From Podarcis cretensis (Eukaryota), in NCBI GenBank assembly GCA_951804945.1, contig OX638151.1, positions 64,604,001 to 64,668,000 on the forward strand: a DNA stretch of 64,000 nucleotides, in the 5' to 3' direction. Both the position numbers and the translations under genes were made by a program. Shown here in pieces: positions 12,749-25,893 of the stretch. Numbering within the stretch: position 1 is the stretch's first letter; the number at the start of each line of letters is the position of its first letter. Under the pieces are notes generated by a model that saw only the letters and a list, made by a program, of their open reading frames with translations, did not search any database and was not told the DNA's origin.

Positions 12749-14421
12749 CTTTAACATGTAACAAGTCATTTAACCACACAGTTGCTCCACCTCCTTGATG
12801 GTTGTCACTCTGGGTTCCATGTACCTTGTGAAGACTTCTGACTATGTGGCTATGCTGATTTATTTATTTTATTACATGTATATCTCAGCTTTCTTCCACC
12901 ATGGAACTTGAGGAGGGGGCATACAAGAAAGACTTCTGCCAGGGACTGACTTAGCTTTAGCTGGGTAGTAGCTTCATGTGTCCTTAGAGGCATGCCAAGA
13001 TGTCCCAGGAAGCATTGTCATGATGGTGCGCAGTTTGACAATTTCATAGGTGAACAGAATAATCTTGGTGAGCCTGTTCCCTGACCCCTCCCCCTTCCCC
13101 CCACCACAGTTTTTTTTTAAAGGAATCTGCCTTGATTACTGGAGTTTGAAAAATACCACCATTTCCCAGAGGCTCTTCTGCCTCAAAATTAGTGGGTTAA
13201 TGGCTGCATGAATTACACTCCTGTCAGTATAGTAAACAGTATGCTTATTAGCAAGCATTGTGACAGCGTGGCAACACTCCATGCAGAGATTTAGCTTATA
13301 ATTATGCAGTATTCGATCATGTGGCTCGTAGTGACCTAAATTCCTGTATTAAACAGCCCCATATATTACTTTAATTATGTCCATGAGACAGTTGGCTTTG
13401 CAACTCTCGGTTATAGATTTGGCCGTTTGGAATTGTGTACCATTGTAATGATGTAGTTTTAAAATACCAATATTATCTACTGCAAATCAGAGGTAACATT
13501 ATTCTCAGACCAAATAAAACATTCATGAAAACCCCAGGTTGCCAGCACTACAAAATGATGCCCTTTTATTTATGAACAACACAGATACGGCTAAGTTATC
13601 TCCTAAATATTTCTGGTAATTGAATTATTGGGTTTTAAGGCTACTTCACACATGACATTTTCCCTACATGGCAATCACTTCTGCATCAGACAAACACAGG
13701 ACAAAATGTGGGGATTGGGTGAAGGATGTGAAAGTTTCAGGCAAAGTATTGTTGAATATTTTTTTTTGGATACCATTTCCAATCAGCTTAATGGGCAGCA
13801 CATAAAAAACCTTAAAAGCTAGAATTTAAATGCACACATTTTTATTGTAATAAATGGATTTGTTTCCCATATTGACTCTGCTATTCTGGGCCCAAAATCA
13901 AGCTGTCATTTGTCATCCAGCCTCTCAATAGCTGGGCATGTGCAAGTAAGCCAAAAACATTTAATGCCCTTTTGGCAATTTTGTAAGACTGAGATGGTAT
14001 ACAAATAAATTAACGGTATGTTCCACCTACATTCCAGCTGAGAAATCTAATAATATGACTCAAAAGCATAACTCTGAGTTTTAACAAGGAAACTGCAGTC
14101 CCTGAGATGTGACAAGAGTCTCTAGGACTCTAAAACAGAATTATAACCTTAAAGGATGCTGTTTCGGAGTGTCCATCAATCATTACAGCACAGGCTATTA
14201 GTTCTCCTTCTTCACTTTATGACTCATGTTATCTTCACCTTCTGCACTTCAAAGGAGTCTACATCCATCTCCTGTTGTTTTGCATTTTAATGCCCTCACA
14301 TAATCTAATACACAGCTGTAAAAATAGCCACTGTACATAAGTAAATACAGTAAATCCACACATGTTTGTGGCTGGCAGACATTTTAACCTCTTTGGATTC
14401 ATATTCAGGGAGATTGCTTTA

Positions 14422-14722
14422 AAAAGGTAAAGGACCCCTGACAGTTAAGTCCAGTCGCAGATGACTCTGGGGTTGCGGAGCTCATCTCACTTTATAGGCT
14501 GAGGGAGCCAGCGTTTGTCTGCAGACAGTTTTTCCGGGTCATGTGGCCAGCATGACTAAGCCGCTTCTGGTGCAACGGAACACCGAAACCAGAGCAGTGC
14601 ACGGAAACGCCATTTACCTTCCCACCGGAGCGGTACCTATTCATCTACTTGCACTTTTTTGGAGTGCTTTCTCTCAGCTGCTAGGTTGGCAGGAGCTAGG
14701 ACTGAGCAACGGGAGCTCACGC
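14422..14722 (-). mobile_element. Sauria SINE, 5'-truncated, different or older subfamily
   Basis: AAAGGTAAAGG tail and shared body (CGGAAACGCC-TTTACCTTCCC, CTATT-ATCTACTTGCAC). The head is missing. Confidence 0.85.
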
Positions 14723-15146
14723 CAAAGCTTTAAAACAACACAAATAATGGCTTGGCTGGAGCAGGTACAATGCATATCACAGAGGATGTGCACCCAAATG
14801 CAGAAATAAAAATAAGGTTTGAAGAAAAATTGAGACACCCACTGCTATGTCCATTTCACCTAGCCCAATGGCCATATATTCTCAAAGCTAATCTTGTGCA
14901 TGCGGGAAGTTCCAGCTTCAGTCCCTGGCATCTCCATACAGAGCTGCAGAAAGACCCGTCTGAAACCCAGAAAAAAGCCAAGGCCAACCATGGTTGACAA
15001 CACTGTCCCAGCACTGTCCCAGTTCAGTATAAGGCAGCTTCATATACTCCTATAGTAATCTATTGGTTAGCTGGCTGTAATAAACACTTGACTGACCATA
15101 TTCATATAAATTTACATGGCCAGGTGTGAATAACGCAGTTGGGATA

Positions 15147-15512
15147 AAGGTAAAGGTAAAGGTACCCCTGCCCGTACGGGCCAGTCTTGACAGACTCTGG
15201 GGTTGTGCGCCCATCTCACTTAAGAGGCCAGGGGCCAGCGCTGTCCGGAGACACTTCCGGGTCACGTGGCCAGCGTGACATCGCTGCTCTGGCGAGCCAG
15301 AGCCGCACACGGAAACGCCGTTTACCTTCCCGCTGGTAAGCGGTCCCTATTTATCTACTTGCACCCGGAGGTGCTTTCGAACTGCTAGGTTGGCAGGCGC
15401 TGGGACCGAGCAGCGGGAGCGCACCCTGCCGCAGGGATTCGAACCGCTGACCTTTCGATCGGCAAGTCCTAGGCGCTGAGGCTTTTAACCCACAGCGCCA
15501 TCTGCGCCCCTA
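15147..15512 (-). mobile_element. Sauria SINE, full length, young
   Basis: tRNA-like head with B-box GGTTCGAATCC and (ACCTTT)n tail. 12-bp TSD GCAGTTGGGATA at 15135-15146 and 15513-15524. Confidence 0.92.
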
Positions 15513-15583
15513 GCAGTTGGGATAGCCATAAGCCAAACAAGAGCCTCTAAAATTGTTGGGACTTGTTTTTTACTCCCTCAAAT

Positions 15584-15871
15584 TGTTTTGTTGTTTCTTT
15601 GTTTAGTCGTGTCCGACTCTTCATGACCCCATGGACCAGAGCACACCAGGCACTCCTGTCTTCCACTGCCTCTCACAGTTTGGTCAAACTCATGCTGGTA
15701 GCTTCAAGAACACTGTCCAACCATCTCGTCCTCTGTCGCCCCCTTCTCCTTGTGCCCTCCATCTTTCCCAACATCAGGGTCTTTTCCAGGGAGTCTTCTC
15801 TTCTCATGAGGTGGCCAAAGCATTGGAGCCTCAGCTTCACGATCTGTCCTTCCAGTGAGCACTCAGGGCTA
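15584..15871 (-). mobile_element. BovB/RTE-clade LINE, 3' fragment
   Basis: Minus frame encodes SLEGQIVKLRLQCFGHLMRREDSLEKTLMLGKMEGTRRRGRQRTRWLD, typical of the RTE/BovB ORF C-terminus. CAA-like tail. TSD ACTCCCTC(A/T)AAT at 15572-15583 and 15872-15883. Confidence 0.9.
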
Positions 15872-17208
15872 ACTCCCTCTAATACTGAACTCAAACGGGC
15901 CATGCCGACAATTTGGAAAGCAAAATGGTTCTACCACTAAGAAGTAAAAGGATCTGCATGTTCAGATGAATCCTGAGATGTTTAGAACCAGTTGTCATAT
16001 TCTATGACTGCCAGATGGGGCAGCATTTGTGATAGCTGGTAGCTCTGCTATTGTGTTGCAAGCCAAAGCTAACACACCTTTTTCATTATTATTTACCTTT
16101 ATGACATAACATTTTTTTTCATAGCGTGTAAGTCTCAAGTGTTCTGTACATTCTTTGATTGCACAGCAGTAAAGTCTGATACAGGCACTGGAGGTTGCTG
16201 GCATGCCTTGACCAACATAAACAAGAGATAATAAACAAAGCCTGGTGTTCTTGTAAGATATTGTAAGGGCAAGCTGACCGCAAAGTGCATCTTTCACCTT
16301 TCGTCCAATTATTTGTTTGCCACCCTTTACAAACATAATCTTCGAAGCTCAACATGCCGTTCCTTTTTCTGGAATTCCAGAGCAGAATTCTTCACATTCT
16401 TCCTGAAATTTTAGTTAAGGCTTGCATTCCTCACTTAGCAAGGTTACATCATGTTGCCTTTTGCAGTCTGGCATTCAGTGCTGAACCCTTCCATTCTTAT
16501 AGGGTAGGTTTTAAAAGCAGCACATTCATTCCAAGGAGAAAACAGTACACACACAAAATGTTTCATGTTACCTAACAGGCATTCTGAAATGAGTGGTGCC
16601 TGGAGGTAAGTCTTTAGAAATCACTGCTTAATAGTGCATTAGTGGCAGATTTATACTAGTGGCAATCTACACATCATTCCACTTTATTCGTTTTTCTGTG
16701 ATGCTTCCCTGATGCTACTGCATCGGTGCTGTTGCATTATAGTGCAGCCAAAGTGGGGTCACACACACACACACACACACACACAGCAATCCCAGAACAT
16801 TTGTGGCATGCAAAATTACAGGATTTCAGCTGGAAGCCACTGGATGTGCATTAACTGGAAGTGAAGCAGCATGTGCTCTCCAAAACTTTTTCAGGCACAA
16901 GGAGTAATGAAAGTGGGATTGCCTATATGCACCTCAGTACCATCATGAGCACAAATAACCATGAATGCTCAGTAAGAAGACTGGGGCCCTTATTCACAGA
17001 CAGAAGTCACCACTGGATGCTGCAGTCATGCTCAAACATGTGATATGTGAACCTGCCCTAAGATTAAGCACTCCATATATAACTGAAACCAAATGGAATA
17101 TGGTAAGATGTTATAGTCTAAAGCACTGTAACCAGCAGATTTCTATACTACATGACAAACAGTTTCATTGTTTCTGTAGCTGTGGTTGCTAAAAACAGGA
17201 ATCCGTAC

Positions 17209-17265
17209 TCTTCCTTCCTTCCTTCCTTCCTTCCTTCCTTCCTTCCTTCCTTCCTTCCTTCCTTC

Positions 17266-17296
<31 letters not shown>
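17209..17296. repeat. Compound (TTCC)n(TTTC)n microsatellite
   Basis: Seen directly. Confidence 0.95.
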
Positions 17297-17681
17297 GTAG
17301 AAATTAATGAAATGCAGAATCAATTTTCTAAGAAGTCCAGTCCATCCGCCTTCTACTCCAGTACACTGTCACAGGTTTATTTCTTTTCTTGCAACCTATC
17401 TGTTGCAACCTTTTCTTGCAACCCATCTTTTCCTTTTCTTGCAACCTATCTGTGCAATCTTTATGGGAGACCATAGGTGGTATCCAGCTTAGTCATACTC
17501 AGAGTAGACCCACTAAAACCAGTGGAATCACCACTGATTTCCCCATCTGTTTGGTCTCTACACGTCAGCAGAAGAACAGGAATTTTAGGCAATGTTTGAT
17601 CTGGAAGCTCCATAAGGCAATGATCCAAACCATTTAAAGCATCTTTTTCATAACCCTGGGTTAATCAGTATCTTTTCTTTG

Positions 17682-17683
17682 GA

Positions 17684-17751
<68 letters not shown>

Positions 17752-17754
17752 AAA
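17682..17754. repeat. (GAAA)n microsatellite
   Basis: Seen directly. Confidence 0.95.
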
Positions 17755-19094
17755 GGTATGTATGCTCTTAATGCGCAAGAAGTCCTAGAATCTTCATCGC
17801 AATGAATTTATTTTCCCAGGTAGTGGCGAGAAGATTTGCTAAGTCTCATGGGAATGAAATGTCCTAATGCGGCAAAGCACACAAGGAAAATACAGGAAGA
17901 AAAGAAGGGTGGTGGAGGAATATAAAGGCTCATAACTTCCTTACTTCAAAGTGTACCTTGAGGACACTTCTTTTTCCCTTTCTTAAGCAAATGAATTGGC
18001 AATGGTTATTTACATTGCCAGCAGCGCTATGCCATTCAACTCTAAACCAATTAGACTGAAACCCTGATTTTTCCTTCCATCCTCAAGCCATTGAAAATAG
18101 CTGCATAATACTAGGCAATGACTCCCAAATTTAGAAGGACGCTTAGTGCCCTAATTATTTTGCCTCTCTGTGCACCAGGAGAGAATCAGTTTGTTGGGAC
18201 GGGGAGGGTATTTTCTCATCTCACCTTGTTAAGGGGAGCTATATATAAAGTCACTTAATCTGTCACACACTGAGATAAAGTAAAGCCTTGCTGGAGGAAT
18301 CTTATTTTGCAAGGGGTTGCCTCCAAGCTAGCCAAGTCTCTAAAGCAGCTTGGGAAAGATGAGGTGCAGCAGCCCTGCTATGTAGGCGGTAGTTTTCCTT
18401 CCAGGACTGAGGTAATGAACATGTCAGGACATATCAGCCATGCCCACGCAAGCCGTCTTCAGGAATCCCTCCTTCACCTTAGAAATTCACAGGCAATCCC
18501 GGACTACTGAATCAGCCCACAGACATCCTGCAAACTGCCCAGCTGTCTATTTTCAGCCCCCAAAGCATTTGTTTTCTTGGTGCTTAAGCACAGATATGCA
18601 TGAAGTCAGCCAGACAATGTGCAGACATTTCAGGGTGGAAATCCTATCCTATGTTTAGTCTGTGTAGCAAGTCCTATTGTGTGCTGTGGGGCTTACTCCA
18701 TGGTAAATGTACATAGGATGGCACTCCAAAGTGCCAAATGTTGTTGCCTGATGAACAAAGATCTGTTGAACCAAGTGGAACTTCAGAGTAAACATACATA
18801 AGATTATATCCAAAGAAGTTTAAGTCAGAGTGCCCTAGTGAAATTAGGCTAAGTTATGTCCATTAATTTTAGTAGGTCTGCTCTGAGTAAGATGACTACC
18901 ACACTTAGGACTGTGTTGTACTTCTTTTAATTGGTAACTGCTGGCCAGGCAGGTATTTACCAGCTATTATGGAAAAGCTGGCATAGATTTATGGCCATCT
19001 GTCATGGATGCTTTAGTTGAGATACCTGCATTGCAAGGGGTTGAACTTGGGGTACCTTCCAACTTACAATCCTATGATTCTGTTCTATGATCTG

Positions 19095-19220
19095 CAGACC
19101 CTCCAAGTGTCCTTATTTTCCAGGGACAGTCCTGGATTTACAGAAGCCATCCCTGTTTCTGATTTGATCCCAAATTTTCAATTTGTCCCTATTTTCAATG
19201 GATAAATGTTGGAGGGTAAG
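19095..19220. mobile_element. Degenerate DNA-transposon MITE
   Basis: Inverted ends ACCCTCCAA / TTGGAGGGT. No clear TSD. Confidence 0.5.
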
Positions 19221-21386
19221 CAGCTGTCCCTTATGATACTTCCCAACAGTGGGCAGGAAACTTACCCACTGATTCTTAACAACTCTGCAGCTTAATCTCC
19301 ACGCACAGGAATGGATGCTGTCTGTCGTCATTCTTTAGCATGAGGGGGCCACTATTAAGAAATCAAAACCTGCAGAGCAGTTTTTTTTAATCTTATAATG
19401 CAAGCACACTGTTAAGTGGGACTAACTTCTAGGTAGACATGTGTAGGATAGTTAAATTTCCTCTGCCTTCTTTTATCACGTAAGAAATAAATGATCAGAA
19501 TTTTTTTGCTATTCAGAACAAATGAATTAAAATGGGAAAGTTTCTTTGAAGCAAGGGAAGGCCATCCATAGCAGTTTCCTTCTCTATCTAAGCTTGGAAA
19601 GTCCTTCAAATCCCCGATCAGTTCCTCAATATTTCCTCTGTTCATAATGAGTTGTAGTTGCACAATTTGAACTATGATTTTAACTATTCATGCCAAGCCA
19701 TCTTTCATGGATATGATTTTATTAACTATGAATCACACTGGGCAGAATCATCTGCAGACTTCTATTTAGGCACTGTGCCCTCTTATGCCAGCTCTGCACA
19801 GGTTTTCATAACCCAACTGATTTATTTGAAAGATAATATATGGCTTCCTGGCAGGGCTGGTCATAGAGGCTTGCAGCAGGGTTCCTTTAAGGAGGAGAGG
19901 GATCAGAGAGTCTCAGAGTTGGGCTGCACTTAAGGAGGTAGTCCACACACAAGTTAATTCATTGTGCTTGTGTACACCATCTGATGAAAGCTGCTCACTG
20001 CTTAACAGCACACATATGTGCTTCATTTGCAATTGCAAGGGAGAGCGGAATGGAAGTTCTAGCCCAAGGGCGGCTGTAAAGAACTGGAGGGCAATGAAAT
20101 CAAACTGATAGTTCATTGTGTAATTGACAGAAGCTATCTGTCAAGGAGGCAATTCTGTGTAATTGACAGGAGGAGCATTCTGACAAGGAGGCAAAGTTAT
20201 TAAGCGATTATATGATTTACAGTGTTCTTATTTGAAAATCAATGGCTACACATGCACACGCACAGCCACACACATAATTTATCATGCTGGTGGCCACAAT
20301 CACAAGCAGCAGCCTTGCACAGTGTATACACAAGGATAAGTGTTAATCATGGTACAATCTCTTAATCTGCTTTTAAACTGGAGTGTGGAAAAACCCCAAG
20401 GACTGATTCACACATGCATACATCTCCTTCAGTGACTGCAGCATCAAAGAGAGACTTGCAGGTGTGAAAAGGCAGCTGCGGACCACCAGACAACACAAAT
20501 ACAGTATGTATCACCTGAAATGCTTATGTTTGCAGAAATGTCATGGCTTCACTTTCACTTTTCTTCAAGGCTCCATTAGTGATGTTAGACTGTAGTCATC
20601 CCAAAGTAAGATTGGGATCAGATGGGAATAATCCTTCCCACAATCTCTTTCTGAGCTGAACTCTGATTCTAGTGTGGCTCTTCCCACATGGCTCAGCTTT
20701 TCCCATGGGGAATAATGAAAGTATTGAAGCAAACATAGTAGTTTTCATCAGGGTCTATTAGTTCACATATTCGATTGCATAGTGTCAACTACAACAAATG
20801 GCACAACCAAGTCCAGAAAATAGCACGACTGTGGTCCAATAGTCCGAGGATTGCTGTTTCAGCTCACATATCACCTGCAACGACAGCAATCTGAGAGAAT
20901 GGAAGAAAGCCAACCTGAGCAGAACAGCTGCAAGAAAGTCATGATCTGCTGTGCAGTGTCCCTGAATGGCAGTGATCCTGCAATGTAACCTTCTGGCCAT
21001 AAGCAGCTTAGCTAAAATACTGGCACACCCTTTATTTATAGCCTGATTAGATCAGTATTCAGCCATATATGTATTCCTAATCAGGTTAGGTAGGTTATCA
21101 TCTCTGACACCAGATTATTCACATTCATTCAATGGGTGTGTTGAGAGATGTGCTATTATGTGAAAATGAATATTTGAGATACAGCCATGTGAACCATGCA
21201 TCAGATGATATCTAGAAAAAAAACATTATGTGAGCTGATGCCTTTTTGAGGATGGCTCAGTTGCTAGATTAAGTTAGGGATTTCAAAGGCATGGAATTGA
21301 TATCCAGGTGCAATTTCCAAAAGGTGACACTTTGTCCTGGACCAGCACAACTTTCAATTTGAAACAGACACTATGTTTATATTCCA

Positions 21387-21540
21387 NNNNNNNNNNNNNN
21401 NNNNNNNNNNNNNNNNNNNNNNNNNNNNNNNNNNNNNNNNNNNNNNNNNNNNNNNNNNNNNNNNNNNNNNNNNNNNNNNNNNNNNNNNNNNNNNNNNNNN
21501 NNNNNNNNNNNNNNNNNNNNNNNNNNNNNNNNNNNNNNNN
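21387..21540. other. Assembly gap (154 N)
   Basis: Run of N. Confidence 1.
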
Positions 21541-22074
21541 CAAGACTGAGTTTTCAGGTGATTCATTGATTGAGTTTCTCCATTTGCCTCTCTTCACTCC
21601 ACTCTTCCTTTCCGCGTGGGAAGAAATGAATGTATCTGCACTTTCACTGTCACAAGTCAAGCATAATAGCAGTGTACACACATGCAAATTTAACCACCCA
21701 TTAGCATCAAATGGATTAATGTAAGGAGTCAAAATCAAGGTGGCTCATTTGTTTCACATTTACTGCAACTGTTAATAAATAGAGGCTCATGGTCACCTCA
21801 CACATCGTGAGTTTTTGCAAATGGATTCGAGTTTTCCTAGGTATCAGTGCTGGTGCTGTTTTTAAAAAACAAAACTTTCCCCAACCGTGGATCCTCAGAT
21901 ACTGTTGGACTACATCCCCAAGAGTCACCTTCCTCAGACATTGCTGAACTCCAGTTCCCACCATCCCTGGTCATTGGCGACACTGACTAAGGCGAATAGA
22001 GGTGTAGCTGCCTCTGTTTCCATGAAATACTTCTAGCGTTGAAATCCATAAGGGTATCTTCGTATATAACCTAG

Positions 22075-22292
22075 GTTTACATCTATACTCCTGAGAAATT
22101 ATTTAAAATCTATAAAACTACTGCAAATACTTGTTGGAAATATGAAGAGCATGAAGGGAAGTTTTTATCATGCTTGGTGAACATGTAAAAAAGTCAAAAA
22201 ATATTGGATACAAATACATACACTGATACAGTGAATTTTGAAGGTTAACTTTCAATTTGAAACCAGAAATCTTCCTGCTGGGACATATGGAC
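22075..22292 (+). mobile_element. Degenerate L1-clade ORF2 fragment
   Basis: With frameshifts and stops it reads YTPEKLFKIYK..TCWKYEEHE/GSFYHAW*TCKKVKKYWIQI/KPEIFLLG, homologous to the 23217-23771 ORF. Confidence 0.7.
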
Positions 22293-23017
22293 ATTCTCTC
22301 TTTTAATTCCTTTTTCTTTATCTTTATTTTGGACCCCCCCCCAAAAAAAAAGATATTTGACAATAATCTTTGTATCTCTCTTTATAAACTCTAATTAAAG
22401 AAATCCATGCCATTGCTGAGGTGTTGCTAGACTTAGGCACTTTAATAAACTGGCAACCATGGCTGGCATAAACACACCACCTTACCTTTCCTCCCAATTA
22501 ATCTTGTGTAAACCAGCAAGTTTGCTCTGTTCCCCATAGAGAAGACTGAATGTTCTTGGCACATGGGCAAGTGACTCAGGCATGATTCAGAGGTGTAGGC
22601 AAACTTGTTAAGGGCTTGTTCAGCACCTCATGTGTGGCCACTGGTCTATGAAAGCCCTCTTTCAAGCCAGATCGCACCTGGATGGCGAAGTATTTATGAC
22701 TGTCCTGAAAGTGCCATCTCATAAAAGCTGTAGAAGCTGAACAGTGGAAAGCCCTGCCCTCCAATTAGCAGAAGTCTGAATTATTTTTGCTTTTTCAGGA
22801 AGCAAAGAATCTATGTTCATATTGTACTGGTGGAAATGTGGTTAGAGTAAGGGAGAGACATAATTTGTTCTCACCTCTTAACGGAGGACCTTTAAAACTC
22901 TTCACAAGTTCCTAGGCTAATGAACACTTTCTTCACATTCATATGTTTTCCCTCCCCAAATATTTAAAACACAGATTTAAAATATAATTCCTTATTTCAA
23001 TATTTGACCAGTATCTA

Positions 23018-23768
23018 TTTTTTTAATATATTTTTATTAATTTTCCAATACAAAACAAACATCTTATTTGTCACCAACATCCTCTTCTTTGACTTCCCTC
23101 AGCCTTTCTGATGATTCTCCGTTCTATTACTTCTCCCACATTTCTTACTTAATATTGCACTACCTTGATATCTTATTTATCCCTTATTTTTTAAACAATA
23201 TTTCTACCTTACATTTTCACAGAACTTCCTGAAAACCTACAAACGTTATTTGATCATCACATAGTATTTGCATATACTCTGTAAATTTAGTCCAGTCTTC
23301 AGTGAATCTCTGGTCACGTCGATTCCGGATCCTTCCTGTTAGTTTATCAAGTTCCGCGTAGTCTGTCAATTTCATTCTCCATTCTTCAATCATAGGCAAT
23401 TCCTCTTGTTTCCATTTTTGGGCCAACAATATTCTTGCTGCTGTTACTGCGTATAAAAACAACTTCCATTCTTTCTTATTAACATCATTTCCTATTATTC
23501 CTAGTAAAAATGCTTCTGGTTTCTTAGTAAATGCATATTTCAACATTTTTTTCATCTCATTGTATATCATCTCCCAAAAGCTTTTTACTTTTTTACATTC
23601 CCACCACATATGGTAAAATGTTCCTTCTTTTTCTTTACATTTCCAATATTTATTACTTACTTTATACATCTTTGCTAACTTCACTGGTGTAACATACCAT
23701 CTATACATCATCTTCATCACATTTTCTTTTATTGTGGTACATGCAGTGAATTTCATTCCTTCCTTCCA
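23018..23768 (-). mobile_element. L1-clade (L1/Tx1) LINE, 5'-truncated: ORF2 C-terminal zinc-finger region plus 3' UTR
   Basis: 184-aa ORF with WKCKEKEGTFYHMWWECKKVKSFW and AARILLAQKWK. A-rich tail. 20-bp duplication CAATATTTG(A/G)CCAGTATCTA at 22998-23017 and 23769-23788. Confidence 0.88.
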
Positions 23769-24034
23769 CAATATTTGGCCAGTATCTAACAGGTGACATG
23801 GCGCATTTTACATTGTGTATTAAAATACACAATGAAACAATCCCATTATATAGATGTTCATTAAGATAAACAATAAAACAATATATATTTCATAAATATA
23901 AAGTATAAAACTATATTTGATAATATTTCAAACCTGTGATGCAGCAGATATCAACATCTCAGAATATCAGGCACGCAACACACAATATTTAACAGTATTT
24001 AATGTTATGTGTTTTGAGGGTTCTTTTTGCACCA

Positions 24035-24071
<37 letters not shown>

Positions 24072-24813
24072 GGCAGAGCATCAATATTTTGAAGTGTTAC
24101 AAAAATTAACTTGCCGTTTCAGTACTACATATTTCTGGGAAGAAGATGGTGAGAGCATTTCCTTGGGTTATCAGTTTTGCTCATTTCGTTAGCTCCTGGC
24201 TCTTTAGGGCTGATGCATATGCAAAAGACAATTGAATACTGGCTGAGACTGGAGTGAGATAAGGCAGGGAAACCCTGGTGGAGTTGGACTGTCACTTTTC
24301 ACAATGTGGGGCGGGTGGAGAGATTAATAGTCCCGAAACTGTTCTATTTTATCTGCTTGCTTCAAATGTTTCTCTTTTTCCTCTACATCTCCACTGGTGA
24401 CAATAAAAGAGAACGCTAAGCTATATAGTTCCAGGTGGCTTGCATAATGGGGGCGGTGGGGGGGGAACCTGTCTAATGAAACTCTAGCGATTTCACTGGG
24501 CTTCTGTCCAGTTAAAATTTGGCTTGGTGTTATTACAGAGGAAAGGAAGAAAGGATGCAGATTCGTAAAACAGGGATCTTTGCCAAGTCTACAGCCTCTT
24601 TCATCGCCAGATGGGTGGCTGAAGGAAGTATAGTGACTACATTGCTTAGGTGGGGTTGACAATTGTAACCATGGTGAAATTATATAGAAGGTAGAGTTGT
24701 GTTGACAACATTGCAATTGCCGTGGATAAAAAACATGTGAATGATATATAAGAGTTCTCTCCCCCACCTCTCTCTCTGTGGTTGCCTGTGAAATGTGCAG
24801 CTTGGTTCTCTTA

Positions 24814-24885
24814 GGAAGCTAGGGGATCAAACTTGCAACCTTGCCATTATTAGCACCATGCTCTAACCAACTGAGCTATCCAGGC
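24814..24885 (-). pseudogene. tRNA-Ile(AAT)-derived sequence (SINE head or tRNA pseudogene)
   Basis: The minus strand GCCTGGATAGCTCAGTTGGTTAGAGCATGGTGCTAATAATGGCAAGGTTGCAAGTTTGATCCCC follows tRNA-Ile(AAT), but the B-box and acceptor stem are damaged. Confidence 0.7.
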
Positions 24886-25636
24886 TGATACCTTAAGAAT
24901 GTGAAAAGAGTCTTGCTTATTCATTCCAATGGCCCATCTAGCACAGCATTCCATTTTCACAAGGGTCAACAAGATGCCTATGGTAAACCTGCATGCACTC
25001 ACTTCTTTCCCTAAACTATACCTTGAATTATGGAGGCATCTCCAGTGAGGAGCACACTGTTTTCTATTCCTTCTGCACCTGAAACATTATAGCCTATAAA
25101 AGGCAAAAGCATCTGGACACATTTTAATGTGTCAGCATGGATAAAAATGAGTTCCAATGGGTCAGGGTCCAATTTTGTTTGTATTTAATATGTTGCTTCC
25201 ACAACATCTACTGCTTACCAGATGAAATACATTTCCCAGAATGCCTTTGAGGAAGTTGCTGAGGATCCTGAGAAGTTAATGCCATATCTCTCATGCCCTG
25301 CTTGTGAGCTTCCCATAGGCATCCTGTTGGCTACTGTGAAAGGGAATGCTGGGCTGGATAGGTCTATGTCTGATCCAACAGGGCTCTTCTTAAATGTCTG
25401 TGTTCAGAAAGCAATGGTGCAGAGAAAGGCATTCTGAGTGGATATTCTCCACTCGCTTCTACTATAGACTCTCCAAAATCAAAGCCTAAACATTTTCTGG
25501 AAGCACTGTAAAAACTACCTCTTAAGATCACCTTTGGGGCTCAGAATTAAGGCAGGAAAGCTTGGGGTAACAACCAATGTGAGTCCATCTTTATTGTTTT
25601 CTGTTAAATTAAAAAAAATGGTTGCCTTACAGTTTA

Positions 25637-25893
25637 CAGTCATACCTCGGTTGAATGTGCTTCAGGTTGAGTGCCTTTGGGGTTGCGCTCCACAGCAACC
25701 TGGAAGTAACGGAGAGTGTTACTTCCGGGTTTCGCCCGCTCGCGCATGCGCACTCAAAATGACATCATGAGCATGCGCGGAAGCAGCAAAATGTGACCCA
25801 CGCACGCGCAGACGCACCATCACATCTTATGTTCCATTCAGGATGCGAACAGGGCTCTGGAACGGATCCCGTTTGCATCCCGAGGTACCACTG
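25637..25893 (-). mobile_element. Tc1/mariner-type MITE, family B (CpG-rich)
   Basis: Ends CAGTCATACCTCG and CGAGGTACCACTG with TA flanks. Inverted homolog of 37525-37784. Confidence 0.82.

Noticed and set aside
21283-21738. ORFs spanning X runs
   Set aside because: Artefacts of the assembly gap.
24814-24885. Functional tRNA-Ile gene
   Set aside because: The B-box is mutated (GTTTGA), the stems are disrupted and the acceptor stem does not pair, so a SINE head or pseudogene is more likely.
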